Of a stretch of DNA of 50,254 nt, positions 46,646 to 50,254 are shown in pieces (position 1 is the first letter of the stretch; the number at the start of each line of letters is the position of its first letter). The translations under genes and the position numbers were made by a program. Below the pieces are notes generated by a model. It was not told the DNA's origin. It made no database searches and worked only from the letters and a program-made list of their open reading frames with translations. Source of the DNA: Gemmatimonadales bacterium (GTDB lineage Bacteria; Gemmatimonadota; Gemmatimonadetes; Gemmatimonadales; GWC2-71-9); NCBI GenBank assembly GCA_030699545.1, contig JAUYMC010000128.1, forward strand, positions 1 through 50,254, written 5' to 3'.

Positions 46646-46656
46646 AGGGAGGCGCG

Positions 46657-48207
<1,551 letters not shown>

Positions 48208-48224
48208 CACCGTACGGCACACCG

Positions 48225-48260
48225 AAAGGGGCCGGGCGCTCTGCCCGGCCCCTTTTCTTT
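48225..48260. terminator. Strong bidirectional intrinsic terminator
   Basis: A 13-bp perfect stem AAAGGGGCCGGGC / GCCCGGCCCCTTT with a 5-nt loop (48225-48255) is followed by TCTTT. It lies between the convergent htrA (stop 48207) and the minus-strand gene (stop 48260). Confidence 0.8.
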
Positions 48261-48928
48261 CAGGCCCTGATGCGGCCCATGGTGAGCGCGCCCGTCGCGG
48301 CCAGCCAGACGACGACCCCCGCCTGACTGTAGTAGTACGGATTCGGCGTCGACTCCCCGACCACGAGCCCCACCATGCCGGCGACGGCGGCCACCAGGAA
48401 CCCCGCCCACGCGAGCCAGCGCGGATAGATGCCGCCGCTCAGCATCGCCCGGCTGAACAAATAGACGACCAGGCCGAGCGCGAACGTCGCCAGCCGCTCG
48501 GCGGCGAGGCCGGCCGGGTGCAGCATGTCGTAGACGAAGACCGCGTGGGACGCGGTCAGGCCCGTATCGGAGACCCGGTAGGCGCCGGCGAGGTGCCAGC
48601 CGCCGGCGGCCATGAACAAGATGTTGAGCGCCCAGACCGCAAAGGCGAACGCCGCCAGCCGGACGCCGCCGCGCGCGGCGGCTGCTCCCGCCGTGGCGCC
48701 GTGCCGCAGCGCCACCCCGCTCAGTCCGATGTACATGAACGGCAACGCGAACAGCAGGGCCCAGTGAATCGCCCGCCAGCCGCCGGTGCCGGCGATGGTG
48801 GCGAGCTGCGCCGCGCCGTCGCCCTCGAGCATCGGGTGGAACAGTCCGGCAATGCCGAACAACAGCGCGCCGAACAGGAGACACAGCCCATAGATCACGG
48901 GAGCCTCGGGTTGTCGAGTCGCGCACAA
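48260..48928 (-). CDS. Polytopic membrane protein of unknown function
   Basis: A 222-aa hydrophobic ORF (about 6 predicted TM segments by eye). The start is uncertain (TTG 48928 or GTG 48898). I recognise no family. Confidence 0.5.
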   Translation of the reverse strand: MCATRQPEAPVIYGLCLLFGALLFGIAGLFHPMLEGDGAAQLATIAGTGGWRAIHWALLFALPFMYIGLSGVALRHGATAGAAAARGGVRLAAFAFAVWALNILFMAAGGWHLAGAYRVSDTGLTASHAVFVYDMLHPAGLAAERLATFALGLVVYLFSRAMLSGGIYPRWLAWAGFLVAAVAGMVGLVVGESTPNPYYYSQAGVVVWLAATGALTMGRIRA

Positions 48929-48966
48929 TCTAGCATGCGCTTTGTCCGGCAGTATATTGACGCCCC

Positions 48967-49470
48967 ATGGAGCTCAACCGGATACTGCGCGAAGGCTTCA
49001 TCGCGGGATGCATCGGCGCCGCGGCGGTCGCGGTCTGGTTCCTCGTAGTGGACGCGATCAACGGCCAGCCGCTGTTCACGCCCGCCATGCTCGGCGGCGC
49101 GGTGTTCTGGCAACAGTACGATCCCGGCATGGTCGCGATCGAGCCCGCGCGCATCTTCGGGTACACGATGATCCACGTCAGCGCGTTCGTGGTGGTCGGC
49201 GTCATCGCCGCCGCCCTCGCGGCGGAGGTCGAGTACGCCCCCTCGACGCTGTTCCTCGTGATCGTGGGGTTCTGCTTCTTCGAAGTGGGGTTCTACATCC
49301 TGGTGGCGCTGCTCGCGAAGCCGCTGCTGGGCTACCTGGCGTGGTGGAACGTGGCGATCGGCAACGGGCTCGCGGCGCTGGCGATGGGTTATTTCCTCTG
49401 GCGCGAGCATCCGAAGATCGCCGAGGAGCTGCGCCGTCACCCGCTGGGGGAAACCGAAGACGGAGAGTAG
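48967..49470 (+). CDS. Small membrane protein of unknown function
   Basis: A 167-aa ORF with an ATG start, about 4 hydrophobic segments and an acidic C-terminus (GETEDGE). I recognise no family. Confidence 0.5.
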   Translation: MELNRILREGFIAGCIGAAAVAVWFLVVDAINGQPLFTPAMLGGAVFWQQYDPGMVAIEPARIFGYTMIHVSAFVVVGVIAAALAAEVEYAPSTLFLVIVGFCFFEVGFYILVALLAKPLLGYLAWWNVAIGNGLAALAMGYFLWREHPKIAEELRRHPLGETEDGE

Positions 49471-50254
49471 GCCTCCAACGGCACCGCCTTGTCTTCATGC
49501 CCGCGCGCTTCCCAGCGCGCCCAGCGGAACCACACCACCGTCATCGCCATCCAGAGAATCAGGCCTCCCGGCACCCACATCAGCAGGCCGCCGATCTGTT
49601 GATCGGCCAGGGGCGGCAGTCCCCAGACCCGCGGCGCCGCCGCGTAGAACGGATAGAGCACGCGGTCGGACAGCGTGATCAGCGCGCCCGTCATCGACAT
49701 CGGGATTCCCAGCACGAACAGGTACAGCATCTGGCCGGGATAGGGGAGCCGCGGCACTTCGGGCACCGGCGAGAGCACCGGCCACCACATGATTACCGCA
49801 GTGGACAGAAACACGAGGTGTTGCACGATATGCACGTCGTGATCGCGCAGCGCCGCCTCGTAGAGCACGGGCACGTGCCACAGCACGATGGGCGCGGTGA
49901 ACAGCGCGGCGGCGATGACGGGCCGCGTCACCACGCGGGCCAGGCGGAGCATCCACCGGGGGGCGAGGACCTTCCGCGCCACATGCGCCGGCGTCCCATA
50001 CAGTAGCAGCGGCGGGAACAACAGCGTCAGCAGGAGATGCTGCGCCATGTGCGCGCTGAAGAGGTACTCGTCCGACAGATTGTGGAGCGGGCCGTTCAGC
50101 GCGAAGAAGATCACCGCGAGCGCGCCCGCGAAGGCGGCGACGCGGCGGGGTTCGGCCCGAAGCCCGCCACAAAAAACGTAGAGCCCGCCCAGGAGGACGA
50201 GCCCGATCAGCACCGTGGGATGCAGGTCCCAGGTGTTCCAGGCGTTCAGACGGG
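49437..50254 (-). CDS. ctaG: Cytochrome c oxidase assembly factor CtaG (caa3-type, COG3336-like); N-terminus may lie beyond the window
   Basis: It shows SAHMAQHLLLTLLFPPLLLYG, VLWHVPVLYEAAL, HIVQHLVFL and ADQQIGGLLMWVPGGL. The reading frame stays open upstream of GTG 50213 to the window edge (RLNAWNTWDLHPT...). Confidence 0.7.
   Translation of the reverse strand, partial: RLNAWNTWDLHPTVLIGLVLLGGLYVFCGGLRAEPRRVAAFAGALAVIFFALNGPLHNLSDEYLFSAHMAQHLLLTLLFPPLLLYGTPAHVARKVLAPRWMLRLARVVTRPVIAAALFTAPIVLWHVPVLYEAALRDHDVHIVQHLVFLSTAVIMWWPVLSPVPEVPRLPYPGQMLYLFVLGIPMSMTGALITLSDRVLYPFYAAAPRVWGLPPLADQQIGGLLMWVPGGLILWMAMTVVWFRWARWEARGHEDKAVPLEAYSPSSVSPSG

Overview
The window is a very GC-rich, gene-dense bacterial chromosome segment with short intergenic regions. 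Gene content (carboxypeptidase-regulatory-domain TonB receptors, a CBM9/DUF5916-like protein) suggests Gemmatimonadota or a related FCB-group lineage, but that is a low-confidence inference. I support about 45 CDS, one tRNA-Lys(UUU), three intrinsic terminators and several candidate regulatory sites. I saw no transposase, integrase, CRISPR array, rRNA or obvious island. Many long ORFs in the six-frame track are antisense or N-terminally over-extended GC artefacts, and I re-placed starts by hand where overlapping stop/start codons or conserved N-termini allowed.

Layout:
- 1-2660 (-): sigma-54 activator, then a lipoprotein, then a TPR protein.
- 2731-2803: tRNA-Lys.
- 2881-5856: TonB-dependent receptor.
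- 5958-8303: PolX convergent with RNase HII.
- 8300-11176 (-): ffh-rpsP-rimM(short)-trmD-rplS-rnhB.
- 11239-12660: DUF445-like protein.
- 12661-16644 (-): tightly coupled operon of TrmH-family methyltransferase, prepilin peptidase, D1-only Clp-type AAA+ protein and HExxH lipoprotein.
- 16681-17511: thiD.
- 17517-20093: CBM9/DUF5916-like outer-membrane protein.
- 20206-26754 (-): nucleotide-scavenging operon (tandem 5'-nucleotidase, adenosine deaminase, NupC, PNP).
- 26799-43820 (+): large phosphate-starvation cluster. It holds phoB-phoR, a GT4/NPP-family/PAP2 operon, a TonB receptor with two lipoproteins, and oprP-pstS, pstC-pstA-pstB-pstB-phoU-arsC.
- 43802-50254: rhomboid protease, dnaK-htrA, two unknown membrane proteins and a partial ctaG.

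Main hunt results:
1. Phased 11-bp GT(G/T/C)AC repeats sit in front of four operons of the cluster and are candidate Pho boxes.
2. A repeat-preceded TonB receptor plus an FN3/Gly-Asp-rich lipoprotein plus a small lipoprotein has no assignable function. This is my best candidate for an undescribed outer-membrane phosphorus-acquisition module.
3. A repeat-preceded glycosyltransferase/phosphodiesterase/PAP2 operon suggests membrane-lipid or lipid A remodelling.
4. An ArsC-type reductase is translationally coupled to phoU.
5. A near-consensus sigma-54 -24/-12 element lies upstream of dnaK-htrA.
6. RimM is truncated, and its conserved N-terminal motif lies upstream of any canonical start codon.
7. 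The sigma-54 activator carries a pseudo-receiver domain.
8. A 13-nt G/C homopolymer lies inside the methyltransferase gene.
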